NCBI RefSeq assembly: GCF_001949145.1
Contig: NW_019091358.1
Span: 3,404,535-3,468,534, forward strand
Reading direction: 5' to 3'
DNA from: Acanthaster planci
Taxonomy: Eukaryota
DNA: 64,000 nt
Shown here: positions 23,201 through 37,900 of the stretch, in pieces
How the letters are laid out: each line of letters begins with the position of its first letter
How positions within the stretch are numbered: the stretch's first letter is position 1
Position numbers and translations under genes: made by a program
Notes under the pieces: generated by a model
Databases searched by the model: none
What the model was told of the DNA's origin: nothing
The model's input: only the letters and a program-made list of their open reading frames with translations

Positions 23201-26200
23201 TCACCCCTGACATCCTGAAAGACCCAATCCTCAGAGTTGGTCTGCTGTCATTCTTCCTCACTGCAGTTTCCACTGTGAGTCCGCATTCCAGTTTTGCCCT
23301 CGCATTAATCACAGGACTCGGGAACCTTGTCCGGTCGGTGCACCTTGCCGTAAAAATGAGGCCCATTTCCCAAGGCATTCATTGGGTTTTCATCAACACC
23401 TCTCTGCAGGTCTGCACGCACCATTTGCTCGCATTTGCAGCCTTCAATTGTTGTAACGTGACAAATATCAAATAACTGAGCTTGGACGGGTATGGATGTG
23501 CACCCACGGTTACACGGAGTGCAAGTGAGTCAACTCGCTGCATCTTGGTGCCGGATCAATGAAACTCTGATGGTAATTAAAACTGGGAAGTCCAGCCGCG
23601 TGACAATTAATTTACATCAACTGATCTTCAATCTTGTGACAGTTTTGTTTGTAATACCGGTACCTGCAGGGTCCATCAAATAAACGTGAGCAATCAGATA
23701 CATGATCACAATTTGTATCAAATTAGCAATCTATCATCACCCAGTCTATACGTATTTATTGCTCATATGATTATTAATCATTCGCCCTGGTCTCAGTTTT
23801 TATGATCCCGCTGTAAAGCGTAATACCAGCAGAGCAAGGGTCACTATCCCACAGACATAAACCACAAGCAAATAGAGATCAGGTACGAGTGGTAAACCAA
23901 GTACATGTATTCATAAATAACACCCTACATGTAGCGGTACCGTGTGTAAGACTGTATATTGAGGCATTCTTGTTTGTCCAGAAAGCCTGTCTTGTTGGCC
24001 GGTCTTCAAAAGTTGATAAAGCACTGACTGGCTGTGTGCCACCTCACCTCACGCAGGGCACGCTACGTGTACATGTACCGGTACAAGCATGCCGATTTTC
24101 AAAATTTTTACCAAGTTCTGAAAGTCATGTACTGTACCATAACATGGCTGTGAGGGGTGTTTGAAAAAGTGATGTAAACCTGTGGAATAAAATCTTGGGA
24201 AATTTATAGCTTTTAAAACTTGTTCTGACTTTCTGACTCGAAATTGATGAATGAGAATAAATGTGTGTGTGGCCTGTCTTTTCAAGATCGGCTCTGGAGA
24301 ATACTGTAGATGCTGATAATGTCCCCTCACCTTCAGCCTGGGCATTATCAGCTTCCATTGTCCTGATCCGGTCTTCAGGGAACATTTATGGCTGGCCGAG
24401 CACATATTTATTCCCTTACATGTGTAAATTAAAGAAATAAACTAGTCTCTTTATCCCCGCTTGCTTCCTCTTTCATTTCTGCCTGGTCTTATTTCTTTGA
24501 AACATTTTTGGATTTGTTCTCCTTGTTTTACCGTGGTTAAATTTGCAGTGCATGTTTATTTTGGGGGGGTTTCTGAAAATGTACATGTATGTAACAAAAT
24601 ACATGGCACAGAAGTATCAGACTCAGCAAAAAGGTATATTGCCCTCAGTACCTGTACAGTACGTGTATATATTCACTTCAAGTTGGCTCAAATTTTTTTT
24701 TTAACCATCAAGCATCAACACTGCATCGCTACCGGTACCTGCATGCATGCTTGGCATGTTCATGATTACAATATGTACATGTACTTTGTACTTGCTCAGT
24801 AGTTATTTGGACCATGCATGTTATCGGGACTAAAACTGTTATGGGCTCAAAATTCCCGGCCCACCATCCTTTGCATTCCCTTCACTATCCCTTGAACTGC
24901 ATCAACCTGCACCAACTTGTCGAGGCTCAAAGATTGACAGGTTTTTTGCCTCCTTGCCCATCTGCAAACTGGCCGGAATGTGGCAAAGTGACGACCCTTG
25001 TGCATGAATGTCACTCACAAGATTATTCAAGAGGAGTTGCTGACTGAACATGCACTTACCGGTAACCGTAGAGGCATGCACTGCACATAAACATGTTCAT
25101 CTACATGTACCGGGTACACCTGCATCATATCATCTTGTGGAGATGCGGGTATGTGCCCTCGTGCCTCCTGCACCATTTACAAATTGTTCACATACTGTGG
25201 GGCTGGTACTCAAGCAACATGTACGTTAATATAAAGGCTCGGAGACTGGTAATCTTTTTCTAATGTTTTACAATTGGACATTGCTTTGGAAATGCAAATG
25301 ATCATTTATCTATATTGTACAAATTTTGATGATCATTTTGTCTACAATATTTGTACAGATTTCAAAGAATTTGTTTCCATTTTACATATTAGGAATATAT
25401 GTACAGTGTATAGGTCTGCATATTGCTTGTTAAGAATACACGATGTGACAGTAATAATATGGTCACATGACCATCAGGTCTCTTGGGAAAGAGTAGATAA
25501 AGTTCCTTCTGAAGCATGCTTTTTTTCATTTCCACATTATTAGGATGTGTCCCCATCAAATTGCTAGCAAATCCAGTCATTTCGGATTCCCCTCACAAGT
25601 TGGCTCAGTCAAGAGCTACTACAGGGGTACTCATAAATATACATTTCCTGAAATCTAAGGCCCCTTTTTTTCATGCGTCAATTTTCTCCTGGGCTTCCTG
25701 ATTTTTTTTTTTTTTTTAAGCGGAGACTCCACTGCTTACCCAGGAGGCATCAATGCAGTGCACACATGCACAAGTAACGTCATGAATTCCATAGCGGTTG
25801 GAAAAGCTGCGCCGTCAATACGCTCCCCATGCAGTACGTTTTTTTGCTTTCTCTCCCTTCCCCCCCCTTTCTCCACCTCTCCATCTCCAGATCCACTTCT
25901 CCATCAGTCTCCCCCCCCTCCCCCTTCAATAATCTTGTATTTTGATAAGGGGAAACAAGATCAGTCGCCGCTGATAAAATATTATTAAAAGCACATATCG
26001 GGGTGGCCGAGGCTGTATCTCGCCGGAACACTCGGGGACGTGACGTGATTGCATGCAAATTGATTGCAGACCCCACTCTGTGAGCCGAGTCAGCGCTGTG
26101 TGCGGTGTTTACCCAATGTAATATTGATTGCTATTTTAATACGCTAGTTTGCTGTACAGCTGCTAGTCCGCCATTCCACACCTTCCAGATACACCCGGCT

Positions 26201-29200
26201 AAGGTACAGGAGGAAGAAAAAAAAGACTATGAAATTTAAAAAAAAAAGAAGAAGATGGCGATTGGAAAAATGGAGTAGGCAGCAGCATAATTGATCAAGC
26301 TTCCTGTTTCATTCCGTCGTCCAACCTGGTACTTACATGTTTCTGCCAGACAAAATATTGCACTTGCACAAATGGATTGTAAACAAGCTGCCTTGTTAAA
26401 AATCAGTACTTTGTGGGGAGAAGGAGATGGTTTCATTAACGATGTGAACATGAACATCGGTTGCTCTGACGCCAATTTGCAGGGGAGGGGGGGGATAAAG
26501 GCATTTGACTACTCTGCACGTTGTCGGCAATTACTCGCCAGATTCATTTCTACTTCTGGACAAGGTATATGTACCGGTACATGTACACGTAAATCATTCT
26601 GTTCAGTGCCCTCGTGGGTTTTTGCCCCGTGTTCATTATCATGCACTCAAGCATGCATTGAATTTTGTATGTGCTGCTTGTTTACTCGCTTTGATGGAGT
26701 GCAGTCTTTTCATTGGCACAATGCGAACATGGAGAAATGTAGCATGGCCGTCAGCCTTTTACATACATGTAGCCGAAGCTATTTGATATGCACATGTACA
26801 AATACAAATCTGTAGGAGTGAATGTTGGAAAACCATCAAAGTTTATATGAGTGTTACTTGACTCTTTTTGAATTGGTTTTGCAAGTTCGGATTCCCACTT
26901 GTTGAATTTGTCGTAATTGTTGTTTGATGTTCATACCGTACTGGTTGTTTTCTGAACATGATTGAACCGGTAGTGCTCAGCAGGAACATACATGTACCGT
27001 ATGTTTGCTACCAAGAAGGTTCACATATTCCTAGGGGGGTCCTTGTTAGACAGCCTTGCCAGTTTAATATTACTTTTACCGCTTGGCTTTTTTTTTCTAC
27101 TGTCTGCTGTTGTCTACAATATGTATTAGAAACTGTTTTGTAGGCACATTGTCAAATTTATTCTGTTAATGCCTGTTGAATTCACATACACGTAGGTGGA
27201 CTTACACTGAACCCCCATAACCCTAATCTGCAAACCACAGATTCAGAAGTTTTATTAGTTTCATATCAAATAGCAGTGAATAGCATTTTTTAAATAAAAA
27301 ACTATCTGTGTGCGTGTTTTGTGGTACAGTATCTTTCTTCGCATCAAATTTTCAACCAGCTGTCAGACCTGTTTGAAAAGGTTTTGGCCAACATGTACAT
27401 GTAGCCTGTAAATTTGAGACGGGCAGGAAGCCCGGGGTGAAACTTTAAGTGGCAAATTTTCTGTGTACATGTACATGTATACACATACATGTATATGTAC
27501 AGCATGTACATGTAGGTGCTGATACTTGTGGAGACTACTCACAACTTTGTATCCCCACAACCCGGCCCTAAGTTTCCTCACAGAAAAAAATTGTGATCTC
27601 AATGCCTGGGCTGGCCAAGGCACCTTTTAGTCGTGCATGCGCACAAGCACAGGGGGATGCACTGTAATAAACTGTGTGCACAGATCACGCCTGAGCAAAA
27701 TGCCATTGTTGCCGATTCCTGTACTTTAATAACATTCTTAAGGGAAGCAGGATTTTTTCCTCTGAAGACGAGGAAGGCCTGCCCCTCCCACTCCTTCTCC
27801 CTGAGCTGTAACCTGCTTCCGAGCCCCGTCAAGACAATATTAATTATTTCCCGAGCTGTGAGGCCTGACTTCAAGAGGTTTGGCAAATGCCCAGGCTGGG
27901 AATCAGCTGCAGTCAGTGTTCTTTTTTTTTTTCATTTTTTTCTTTTTTTTCATTTTTCCTTTTTTTTTGGTTTTTTCCTTTTTATGTTGTTCTTGAACTG
28001 TCCGAGCAATTAAAATTCCTTAGACCCTTTTTATGTGCAACTTTCTATACATCTACCGGTACAAGACACTTTTCTCTATATACCGTAGGTTAAAGGTTCA
28101 AAAATTAAACTATGAATTTTTTCATTTAAAACATTTCTGCGAAAGAGTTGCTCAGTGGTTTACTGTGCTGCATTTACAAAATAATGAATCACCAGAGATT
28201 TAGGCCAGCAAAATATGGAAAATTCCACTAATTTTTATACCCATATCATTATAACACTCAGGTTCTCTGGGGGATGACATCACAGTTTTACTCATGAATA
28301 TAGAAATATTCATCCGCACAAAAACCAAAAAGGTACCCAAATTCCAAATAGCAAACCAGACACTTGAAATCAGGTTAATTGAGAAAAAAGGTGCATTTTC
28401 GAGGTTTTTTTTTTTTAATTTGCGCATACCAGCTTTCGCTGCCTTAACTCCTTTCGCTGCCTGGGACCTCCCACACTCAGCCATGGAGGAAGTCTATTTC
28501 CAGCCGAACTCGACATCATTAATAAACACTTTGTTAGAAAGTGTGGAGTGGTCAGGTTCTGAAAAGGATTGAAATGCTAAAAAAGAATGCACATTGGGCG
28601 AAACCGCTGAATTTGGAAAGGTACATACAAGGAAAGGTGAAAAAGCCTTGAAGTTATCCTTCGTGTTGATAGAGAAAGTCAACATTAAGTTTACTTTCTG
28701 CGTTTTCACAGGTGCACTGTAAGTTTATAGCATTTGTGGGGGCATGCATGGAACTTTCCTTTGCCATTTTTATTTGCAAGGGGTGGTGCATCAGATTGCT
28801 TTTTAAGCATCTACATGTAGGCCTACATGTACATGTATCTAATCTATTTGTTTCCAGTCCGATCAGTGAATCATGCATGCATACTGGTACATCAATAAAT
28901 ACTCATTGTGCACTGTACATGTACCGGTACATCTTGTTGGGACTTGATTTGAAGAACTCATGGCAGTAACTCTCAGTGTTTTTGTCATCTGGTGTCCGCT
29001 CTAAGCAGGAACAAAAGAGGGTGTCTTTTGACATGAAATTGGCAGTCCTTTAGTACTCACGCACGCACAGGTGCAATTTTATGTGTATTTGACGTGGAGC
29101 ACGCTGAGTACGCACAGCAATTTTAGTCTAGGATGTGTGGTCTTCGCGTGCTGGAACCCGGTTGGAAAACTTAGTACCATCTGTCTTTCTTTCGCTGGTA

Positions 29201-30501
29201 AGGGTACACTTAAGCTCAGGGTAGTTGCCACCGAGGCCCACCCACTAACACGGGGCATTTAACCTCTCCGTTGCCACAATACCTGTTCTAGCCTCTCTTA
29301 TGATACACACTTGCACGCTTGTCAGACTTTTGTGCAGGCATGTCAAACATAAAATCACGGCTGTGATTGGTCAAGACACAAATGGGCGGGGACTTAATGG
29401 GTTTTTTGTATTCCCTATACCAACAGCTACGGTACATGTATACAGGTACTACACGATTGTCTGTTAGTGCTCTGCATCCCCATAGCTACCAGTGTACATG
29501 TAGGTAGCTATGGGTACCTGTGGCCATGAATTGGCTCTCGCCTCTCAAAGGCTGACCTGGCTGGAAGGATTAACAAATGATTCAGTGTTATAATAATTCT
29601 ACACAGCCCCTCTTTTCCACCCCCCTCTCCTTTTCTCCATTACTGACGTACTTTAACTAGCTTTCAACTTTTCCGAATAGCATTCAATGGAGCGTCATTA
29701 ATAAATTCTCCTTGTGCTGCCGTATGCACGATGTACTTCACACTAGCAACAATTCCCCCCCTCCCCCAATCCTATTATTGATGTTGTTGTCATTGCCCCA
29801 TGACCGCTTTAGGTATGCCTAGCATTCAGATAAGCTTTTTTATCTCCTAGAAGAGACCAACAAAAGCCACGCTTTTCATGTTTGGTTAACTGATTAATTT
29901 CACCTGACTTCCTGCATGAAGGTGATTCATTATTTTCAGGTTTTTGGAACCGATAAAAATCTAATCTGAATGATTGCTTATCAGTTGACATATTTATTCA
30001 AAATGAGGTACTGGTATCTACCAGTATCTTAATAAGTTCACGGTTTAAAATTTGATCTGTAATGTACAAAGCTTTGTGTTTCTAAAGACTGGAGAGTGTT
30101 TAGAATTATTAGATGTGGTTTTACTTTCCCAAAGGCTTTTGCATTGTGAAATTTACTGATATCCTGTCAAGTTCTACAAAATCTTATGAGAAGTTCTGGA
30201 TTTGGGAAAATAATAGAGCCCAACCAGTAAAGTTGGAATTTTTGTGAATCTTTGCAGTTTGTGAGCAAATAGCATACCATTGGGTTACTGTACGGTGGTT
30301 GACTTGTAGTTTGTGTGTTCAGAGGGTTTTGTCGTTCTGTTTCATGAAAGGGGAAAAAACTACTGTAGATGGGTTGCAAGTGAAATGCTTGTAAGCCCAG
30401 AAAATTTGATTTGCATGTACTGATACAGTGTACAATAAGCTGTGATCATTACATGATTTAGAGAGAACATGCCTTTCATGAATTAGGACCTACCTACATG
30501 T

Positions 30502-30750
30502 GGGTAATTCCAGAAATTAGGGGTGCATTTTTTTTTCGTGTCCCTGTTGCATCTGACATATGATTTTGTAAGTTCAAAACACATTTTCTAATTTCCAAGA
30601 GTGATGAATTAATGCAAATTACACGCACCTGCCAAACAAGAAATAATAGTAGTCAATTCCGGTGATATTTCCCTGTCAAATCACAAAGGTCAGATGTAAC
30701 AGGGACCTGAAAATGTCACACTTTTGGACCCCTAATTTCTGAAATTACCC
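30502..30750 (+). mobile_element. MITE family 'GGGTAATTCC', copy 2
   Basis: Same TIRs and interior as copy 1; 4-bp TSD ATGT/ATGT. Confidence 0.9.
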
Positions 30751-31804
30751 ATGTGCACATGTATTTATGCAATCCAAAAATACTGTGAAAACAGATTTAT
30801 ACTGGTTGATGTACATGTACTGGGTATGTAGGTCAACATACACCATTTAGCCATCTGTTGGAATATACATGTACATGTACATCCAAATACCTAGACAGTG
30901 TTAAAACAAGTTGCCCAGATTTTCACAGATTTACAGGCTGCCAATCCTTCCAATTCATTTCCTGAATAGGATGCCCTTGAAACTTGAGTGTAAACAGGCA
31001 TGCCCTCAAATACATGTCGTTTGGGATGATGGTTCCATGGTATCTGTTTTGAGTTCAAGTCTTTCATGCGCAAGGTACCGATACCCCGGTAGCTTGAGGG
31101 CGGGCCTGTACATGTACATCCTGGCTTCAGCCTGGCAGTTGAGCAGCTTGTGTTGGACTTGCCTCGGTAATCAGGCATCGTGTTAGCTTCAGGGGGAATC
31201 AAGTACATGCCAAAGTGAACAATCTCCTGTGAACCTAGCCTGGCACTCCAAACCCTTATCTAAGTACTGATATGCGGTAGTACGGTACTGTGCACGTGGC
31301 AACTGCACTGCTGTGCTACACCATGCATGCCGGAGAGCTATTCGATTGCTGCTGCTGGTGTATTAGGCTACCCGTGCAGCAAATAATACCAGGGTTTGGA
31401 TAACAACAGATAACATCGTCATCAGAAGGGAGCAGCAGGCCAATCTCCTCATAAAATATTTGCCTTGATTAAAGGTGCAGTCACTCACACTGATCAAAAA
31501 ATTCTTGAAATCCAGTGCAGCTTGGAACATGATCATCAATGTTACATGTATGCCAGTTTTTCCCAAGTAATAAACAGTTTCTGTGGGAAACCTTTGAAAA
31601 TCTCCCAGAAACTTTCGTAGGTAGCAAATTTTGTGGTTCATTTTTACGGTACCCTCTAAACCCCTTCTCTCCCCATTTCTCCCCCCCACCCGAAGGGTTT
31701 TGGAGGATCAGAGAGGATTTAATCAGTAACTTGAACTCAAACCCGTTTTCTTCACTCTGTAAATACATGTATTTATACATGCATACAGGTATGGGATTAT
31801 CTAT

Positions 31805-31935
31805 TCCATAGTTGTGGGGACAGTACACATGTGCAGTAAATTGAAACATGTACATGTACATTGTACATGTACGCACTGTAGATGCTATGGGGGCCAAAAA
31901 CATCATGGGCAAAATGTTTGGCCCCATAACTCATT
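31805..31935. repeat. Dispersed 'TTGTGGGGAC' repeat, third copy, interrupted by an ACATGT-rich run
   Basis: Both ends (tagttgtggggaca; ccaaaaacat...gccccataactca) match the family; the middle is replaced by ACATGT repeats. Confidence 0.6.
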
Positions 31936-33419
31936 CTTGACTTACCAATGTACAAATATATCCTTGGTTTGTTTTAGATTCATTATATTCATTTCTGATT
32001 AATATTCATTTCCATGGTCCAATAACATTCATCCATGGACACAGGCCATGTCAGAGTCATTCCAATTAATGCCAACTGGAGCTGATTGAACACCTTCATA
32101 AACTGTTTCCTTTCCCACATATCCATCTTACCGGTAATTACATGTGTGATTTATTTACTTTTAATTATTGAGATGTGTGCATGGATATAGTACATGTACC
32201 TGTAAATCATACTTGATTACTTTCTTTATGTAGTACATGTATTTCCATGATTACAGGTCTTAATATTGTCATTCAAAGAAAACAGTGTTGAGGACATTTG
32301 GATGAGACAGTCAATATGAAGCCAGCGCGTCACTGGTATTTTCTGAATTAATTTGCACAAGGTTAAATCACCACATTTTGTCTCAACCTTGAAGGCAGTA
32401 GTTTCGAGAGGCAGTTCTTGCATTTAAATTTCTTCTGAACTTTTGCTTGTTGTTCCAATATTATGAATTTCCAATATGGCAGTTATCAAGTGTATTTTGG
32501 CGGTAAATTGTGTCAGCCATACTACGTGAAATCATGCTAGTTGTTACATGTAAACTCATTTACTGTACAAATTCGGATCCCACGTTTTCTTTGCAACTTT
32601 ACTAACCGTGTGATTGATACCAATACATGCAAGTAGTATGCAGTCATTCCAGTCCTAACCAGAGCTGAGGGAAGACCGTAGTAAAATGTTTCCTTTCACT
32701 GTATCCGGCTTAATACAGAATGAATCAGCAAGAACATCAGATATTGTGTCCTCCATTCCTTTTAAAATGGCTCGTGCTACACAAAGTGTCATACTAGTGT
32801 ACTTAAAGTAATTGTTGCTGTGAATCAGCTTTGTTTAAACATAGCGTTAGAACAGTTACAGCATGGTTATAGCATAGGGCTAGGTTGTAGCAGGCATCGC
32901 ATTGCCTCATAGCCAGTTAACGTCGGATTTCCTTACCCCAAAAAGCTGCCGGGAATGGGTGTTTTTACCTGTAAATTCTTCAACCTTGCAATTACGCTTT
33001 GACCCAATCAAGCAGGATGCGTTGATACATTTACGTGAACCGGGGAAATGAAAAAAAGAATTCATAGAATGAGTGTACACGTCCTCCATGGAACAAATAA
33101 GGAAAATTGTGTGTGTTCACACGCCATCGGGCGTCAAATGGTTAAAGAACTTGGATTACATGTATACATATTTGTACACGTACATGTGTATTCATGGAGG
33201 CTGTGGCTGTATGAGAGAACTTTTCAATTCCCATTGCAAAAACAGTAAGCCCTCTATAATTGGCCATCCTTTATCTTTTTAAGCCTCCAGCCATAACATT
33301 GAGATAGAAATGAGAGCAACACGGTACTGGGGGAAGGGAGTGGTTTGGAGATTCTTGCCATAGCGTAGACGTGTAAGTCTACATGTACCGGTACATGTAT
33401 AAAAAACACTTGTACATGT

Positions 33420-33503
33420 ATTCCCGCACCGTAATTGTGGGGACATACATTCGATATTTCACCTATTTTGTGGGGACCGAAAATGTTGTGTCTCCACAAC
33501 CCG
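33420..33503. repeat. Dispersed 'TTGTGGGGAC' repeat, second copy
   Basis: caccgtaattgtggggacatacattcgatatttcacctattttgtggggaccgaaaa aligns to the reverse complement of 709-800. Confidence 0.7.
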
Positions 33504-34486
33504 GTTCAAATTTCCTAACAAATGAACTTGTCCCCTGAACGCGGTGAATGCCTACCCATTATAATTTGTAAACAGGTACATGTAGCAGAGGGTGTTATAA
33601 ATACACCCAGTCTGCCATGTCGTTATTGGAGAAGTTTGCTCCCTCCACTGGATAGCAAAATACATTTGGCTTGGACAGTACCGGTACATGTATTTTTGTT
33701 ATTATCGAAAAGTGGTGCTTTGTTTTTCAACACCAAGACAACACCGACTTGTGATCTACTGGTATGAATACTGAAATTCTGGCAAATACCAGTATGGAAT
33801 TTCAGTACTATGGTATTCTTGCTAATAGGCTTGGAATAATTGCAAGAGCCTCTAAAAATAATGGAAAAGCCACCATATTGTCATATTTCATTATTGTCAC
33901 ATTCAGCAGAGAGAGAGTAAGATGTAATTTTCCAGCTGACTCGCTATTTGAAAATCAATGGATTGATAAATGATAATACCTGTAAGTTTCTTAAGCTTAG
34001 GTTTTTGCCACATTGACTACAACCATTAGGCTGGTCTGTACTTGTTGGCATTCTGAGTGGATGTCTCCGCTTATCACCACTGCTTTTTGATGGCATGCAC
34101 TTAATATAAACCCCACCTCAAAGAATATTACGGTATTAGTAAATATCATGGTTTTATCATGAATATCACAACATTAAAAAATGTAATACTGTCCAAGTCT
34201 AAAATATATGAACATGTCTTTGTCTCTGTAATAAATACCCTCCACTGATACAGAACCCACTATTACGTAGCCACTTTGCAGTTTTGAGCATGTTCCAGGT
34301 AGTGGTTCAAAGGATCCATGAATTTACTTGGGAACATGGTTGGTGCAACTCCTCTCACGATAAGACTATTTGGTTTCCCTTTTTTTTCGATGGGTGGGGT
34401 ACCCTCATTGACAAGTGCTCTTTTTAAACATTTGAAATTTTGTCCTGCTTTTCCTAACAAAGGCACTGTTGCCTCAATGTCAGTGC

Positions 34487-34647
34487 TAGTCTTGGTCAAG
34501 ACGTTGTTGTGTTGTTGATACATGAGAGAGCGCACACAAGACGAAAAGCTGGAACGCACGTACCACAACTAGCCACGCCAGCAATAACAGTTTTGTCTTG
34601 TGAGCACCCTCTCGCCTCCCAACAACACAATGTCTTGACCAAGACTA
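34487..34647. mobile_element. MITE with TAG...CTA termini and 9-bp TSD
   Basis: TIR TAGTCTTGGTCAAGAC(G)TTG / CAATGTCTTGACCAAGACTA; perfect TSD TGTCAGTGC at 34478-34486 and 34648-34656. Confidence 0.9.
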
Positions 34648-34809
34648 TGTCAGTGCATGAAGAGATGGTTTATTTTGGGGTTTTCTGTTGAGATTGTGAA
34701 TCCAAATTGGCTCATGGAAAACAGTTTAGAAAAAGTTCATTTTTTAGCACATTTTTGGCTCATAACTTGAACAGGAAAACCAAGAAACCGAACAGTGTCT
34801 TCCCTGCTT

Positions 34810-34975
34810 GACATCAAGGCAACATTGTCCTCAGTTGTCCAGAAAAGTAAGGACAGTGTGACATGTAAATTCTTTAAAAAGTGCACTTTTCAATACAAGT
34901 AACTTAAATGGTTAAATGGTTTTCACACATTGAAGAAGACTAAAACTGCACAAAAGTGTGTCCAAGAAAAATGCA
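34810..34975. repeat. Fragment of the 13560-14088 family (inverted)
   Basis: GACATCAAGGCAACATTGTCCTCAGTTGTCCAGAAAAG and TTTTCACACATTGAAGA are shared with the other copies. Confidence 0.55.
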
Positions 34976-37900
34976 TCACATGACACGTTTACAGTGCACC
35001 GCGTTAAGTTTAGCCAGTGTTTCAGATTTTTTTCTTCTGCTGGTGTTGCATGTAGTCAAGGTCCCAGACAGTGCATAACACTGTCGTTGCATATTGCAGA
35101 CAGAAACAGTGATTAAGTTTAAATGGCATGATTGGCTTACATGTACATGTGTCTTGCATTTATTGATTAGTTGGGATGAGGAGTGTGCAGCCAACATAAC
35201 TTCCAGTCTCTTGCTAATGACTTGCTATTATGAGGAGATTAAAAAAGAAGAAAAATAACCTACCGGTACATGTACATGTACATAGGGCCTACACATGTAC
35301 ATGTAAGAAAGAACGTGTTTGTTGGTCCGATCAGTGTAATCCACTTGAACATGTGTCTAATGTACATGTACAGTGATGTTGGCTTTGTGAACATCCATAA
35401 ATCACTTGTAGTTTGGGAAATCTCCTTTGTACAGGTAATGCAAGTTTTCCTCTCAACGGAAGTTAAGCCTATAGTACTTCGGTGCACGCTCAGAACTGTT
35501 GCCCCCCTCCCCCCCCCGAGTCTGCTAATGAACCACCCAGAAACAGTTGCCATGCTTCAATAAACTTGATTTAACTCTTTGACTTCTCTTTATTGAATCT
35601 TTACAACAAAGAAAAAAAAAACGTTCAGCACTTGGGCAAGCCAATGTAGTGTGGGTTTCAATCATCCTTCATTTGTCTTTTTGACAATTAGTGACACATC
35701 GTACCGTACTTTTACCTAAACACGTCAAGAGGGCAGTGAGCAAATGAGTGAACGGAAATAAAATATTGGCTGATAAGATAAAAAAACAAGAGACAAAAGA
35801 ATCCTCCTCCTCTTTCCCACTGTTGCACACACACACTAAAAAAATCCACAGCAAAAAAAAAGTAGTCACACAATGTATCTACCAAAAGCCACTCCTTTTG
35901 GCAACAGCAGAAACAATAAAACTACAACCGCCCCCCCCCCAAAAAACCCGAACGATCTTGTTTGAATAATGCATGCATGTGGCTGGCAGGGTAGAAGCGG
36001 GCGACTGCTTGTTGCAGCTGCTGTCTCAGTCTATTATTCCTATTATGATTAGCCCCTTTGCGGCTGTGTTGACACAGCAAGCACACACACACATAACGCA
36101 GAGCGGGAGGAGAGATACAGGAAACAGGGCAGGGATCCATACAGCCTGCATGCTGGCCGAGTATTGTGCACGGGGATAACTGAGCCGGTTCCTCCGGTAT
36201 CCTCACTGCTGAGAGCATTTGATTGTTGTGTTTGATGCAGTTCATTATCATTTGATTTTTACCCTGAATTTATGATCAACGTACACGTTGCTGTGTGCTA
36301 TAGTCAAAATTACATGTACGTGTAAGTCAAAGACAGTTCCTTGCAGCAATTGAACTTGAGATTAAAATTTAAACAAACCTTACCTGCAACACATTTGTTT
36401 GAAGTAGATTGTCAGGCGATTAAAAATTAAACATTTTTAAATTGAAGCTACTGCGCCAGTATTTTTGTATGTTTTCAGTTTTGATCCTAGAGTTTCACCA
36501 TAAATTTACCGTACATGCACACATGTACCATGCATAGTGGGTGATGGTTATTTGGAAAAAAAAAACATTGTAAAGGGCATTTCCATCCTGCACTTGAAAA
36601 ACAAAATTAATTTGAATAAACCTTAATACCGTAAGTTTGAAGTAGATTGCCAAAGTCAGAGGTTTTTAAAACTGAATTTACCTGGATGTTTTGACATTTT
36701 GAGTTTTGATGACAATGGTAGATTCATAAAGGGAAGCAAGGCACATGCGGTACGTCCGTTGACATGTACCTTATCACCAGCAATAAATCTATGTGACCTT
36801 TAGGCTATAGGTAAAGTTACCCTACTGCTTTGAGTCCCGCAATTTTTTTTTTCCTTGTCCGTGTACATGAAAAGTGAAAGAAATCAGTCTCCTCTTTCCT
36901 TATTAGATGCAGGTGTGCATGTAATGTGCCCACAATGTGATCTTCAGATTTCCTTTGTTACCTACATACATCCATGTATGTGTAACATCATGATGTCTCT
37001 AATTCACACCATACATGTAAATGTAGTGCAAGATTGGAAGGTCTGATATTTTCCAAACCATTATGTGCATGTACATTCCGGACCTTTCATGTCGAATAAA
37101 TCTAATGATTTCAGCCATTTTGGGGCTCCCAGTGTTGTGATGTGTGAATACATCATAGACCTGTACATGTACATGAATGTACAGGTACTAGCACTCTCCA
37201 GGTTTGACTTGTTTGATGTGTATTGTGCGTGCACACGTTCAGATGTACAATTCTTGTGCTCGTCCCATCGATTGTATCATATGATGATTGAGTCATTATC
37301 TAATTGCTTCCAGTCAATTCTTGGTATTTGGAAGATACACCCTTTTGCGTAATGAGTAAGCTTATAAGTACTGTGAACGAGTCCAAGTCTCTTGGCCTGA
37401 CTGTTGTGTGCATGTACATGCCCAGCAGTTGGGCAGTTGCATTTGCCTGCATTGCTGTAGGAGCGACCATCAGGAGGGCTTGAATCAAACTTCAAAGCAG
37501 CGGGCTCTGTCATTGTGAAGTTAATGGCAGCTCCACAGCTTAGAGTAGCGGGATGGGGCAGGGGGGAGAGAGAGGGAGAGTTGTTGAGTAGCACTGATCA
37601 CGCTAAACAGTAATTGCTTTATTTATGACGACATGGCGCGGCGGCTGGATAATGCATTATGTACGGGTTGGTGGGCCAAAGTGGTTCGTGTTAATCTGAG
37701 ATTGCCATTACTGCTTAGGCAACTGTGCCAGCGTGTTTGAATAGCAGGCTGGAAATTGATCAGGCAGGGGTGCATAGATACATGTACATACACGTACATG
37801 TGTACTGCAAATGCATTCTGCTCACGTTCTGGTATAAGAAAACACGACAAACAACAATCTGGAAGCAGTGTTTTTAAAATATGACTTGAAATCAGTTGAA

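Noticed and set aside
26291..26815. 174-aa ORF (and the 199-aa ORF at 57410-58009)
   Set aside because: Non-ATG starts, no recognisable domain, composition driven by TACATGTA or homopolymer runs, and no supporting splice structure.
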